IMG/VR virus record: IMGVR_UViG_3300047666_001531 | Direction: 5' to 3' (one strand) | From: a virus | Lineage: Duplodnaviria; Heunggongvirae; Uroviricota; Caudoviricetes | Length of the DNA stretch: 64,000 nt | Shown here: in pieces, positions 63,845 to 64,000 of the stretch | Position numbering within the stretch: the first letter of the stretch is position 1 | Layout: each line of letters begins with the position of its first letter | Made by a program: the position numbers and the translations under genes | Notes under the pieces: model-generated | Databases searched by the model: none | What the model saw: the letters and a program-made list of their open reading frames with translations, nothing else | What the model was told of the DNA's origin: nothing

Positions 63845-64000
63845 ATGTTGGTAAAAAAACTATCATTTAATAAAGATGTGCGCGTATTTTTTGTTGGTGA
63901 CATTCATGCTAGATACACGCTGCTAGTGCAGCAGCTTAAAGCAATAGGTTTTAGCCCAGAGAACGGTGACATACTAGTCTCTGTTGGCGATATTATTGAT
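63845..64000 (+). CDS. calcineurin-like metallophosphoesterase (Ser/Thr phosphatase or ApaH-like), N-terminal fragment, truncated by the window end
   Basis: VFFVGDIHARYT (GDxHG-type) and VSVGDIID (GDxxDRG-type) motifs. gaggtga SD. Confidence 0.5.
   Translation, partial: MLVKKLSFNKDVRVFFVGDIHARYTLLVQQLKAIGFSPENGDILVSVGDIID

Noticed and set aside
1-64000. Integron cassette array (attC sites, for example VCR-like repeats)
   Set aside because: The inter-ORF segments are AT-rich promoters, not 60-130 bp GC-containing imperfect palindromes with RYYYAAC/GTTRRRY ends. No IntI-type integrase with the extra insertion domain is present. The conserved element lies upstream of ORFs, not downstream.
1-64000. 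Whole window interpreted as a jumbo or T4-like phage genome (many tiny ORFs with uniform early-type promoters)
   Set aside because: No capsid, tail, terminase, portal or DNA polymerase genes are present. Presence of DsbD, an MFS transporter, an Omp beta-barrel, flotillin and hipBA fits a bacterial accessory region better. It cannot be fully excluded without wider context.

Overview
Roughly 38-40% GC gammaproteobacterial DNA; the C-terminus of the 46817..48283 protein matches a GlyGly-CTERM sorting motif, which points to Vibrionales or Alteromonadales. Almost the whole 64 kb is accessory-looking. About 95 mostly short ORFs, two-thirds with no recognisable family, are organised as one- to few-gene cassettes. 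At least 22 cassettes are preceded by a near-identical strong sigma70-type promoter (AAATGATTGACAAA, 16-17 nt spacer, TGaTAAAnT), found on both strands. Three further operons use a second promoter class carrying a 12-14 bp perfect palindrome (TCGTGTACACGA) in the spacer. Shine-Dalgarno sequences are unusually uniform (AAGGAATAAA-ATG). The upstream stop codon often lies inside or next to the -35 hexamer. Recognisable genes are scattered among the cassettes:
- hipBA toxin-antitoxin.
- yqiJ-yqiK flotillin operon.
- dsbD.
- MFS transporter.
- small OmpW/OmpX-like beta-barrel.
- 247-aa catalytic-domain-only tyrosine recombinase.
- DUF262/ParB-like protein.
- ERCC4/XPF-type nuclease with HhH.
- SprT-like zincin next to a GHKL-ATPase/zincin fusion.
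- N6-adenine-MTase-like gene.
- secreted GlyGly-CTERM zinc metalloprotease.
- RNase H-fold protein.
- SLOG/YpsA-like protein.
- ACP-like domain protein.
- Tpt1/KptA-like ADP-ribosyltransferase-fold domain.
- NT5C-type HAD deoxyribonucleotidase, a HAD phosphatase and a metallophosphoesterase (partial at the window end).
I found no rRNA, intact tRNA, CRISPR array, transposase or integron attC sites. Most start codons were refined from the ORF track using the in-frame ATG with the best SD. All function calls are motif-level, made by eye.
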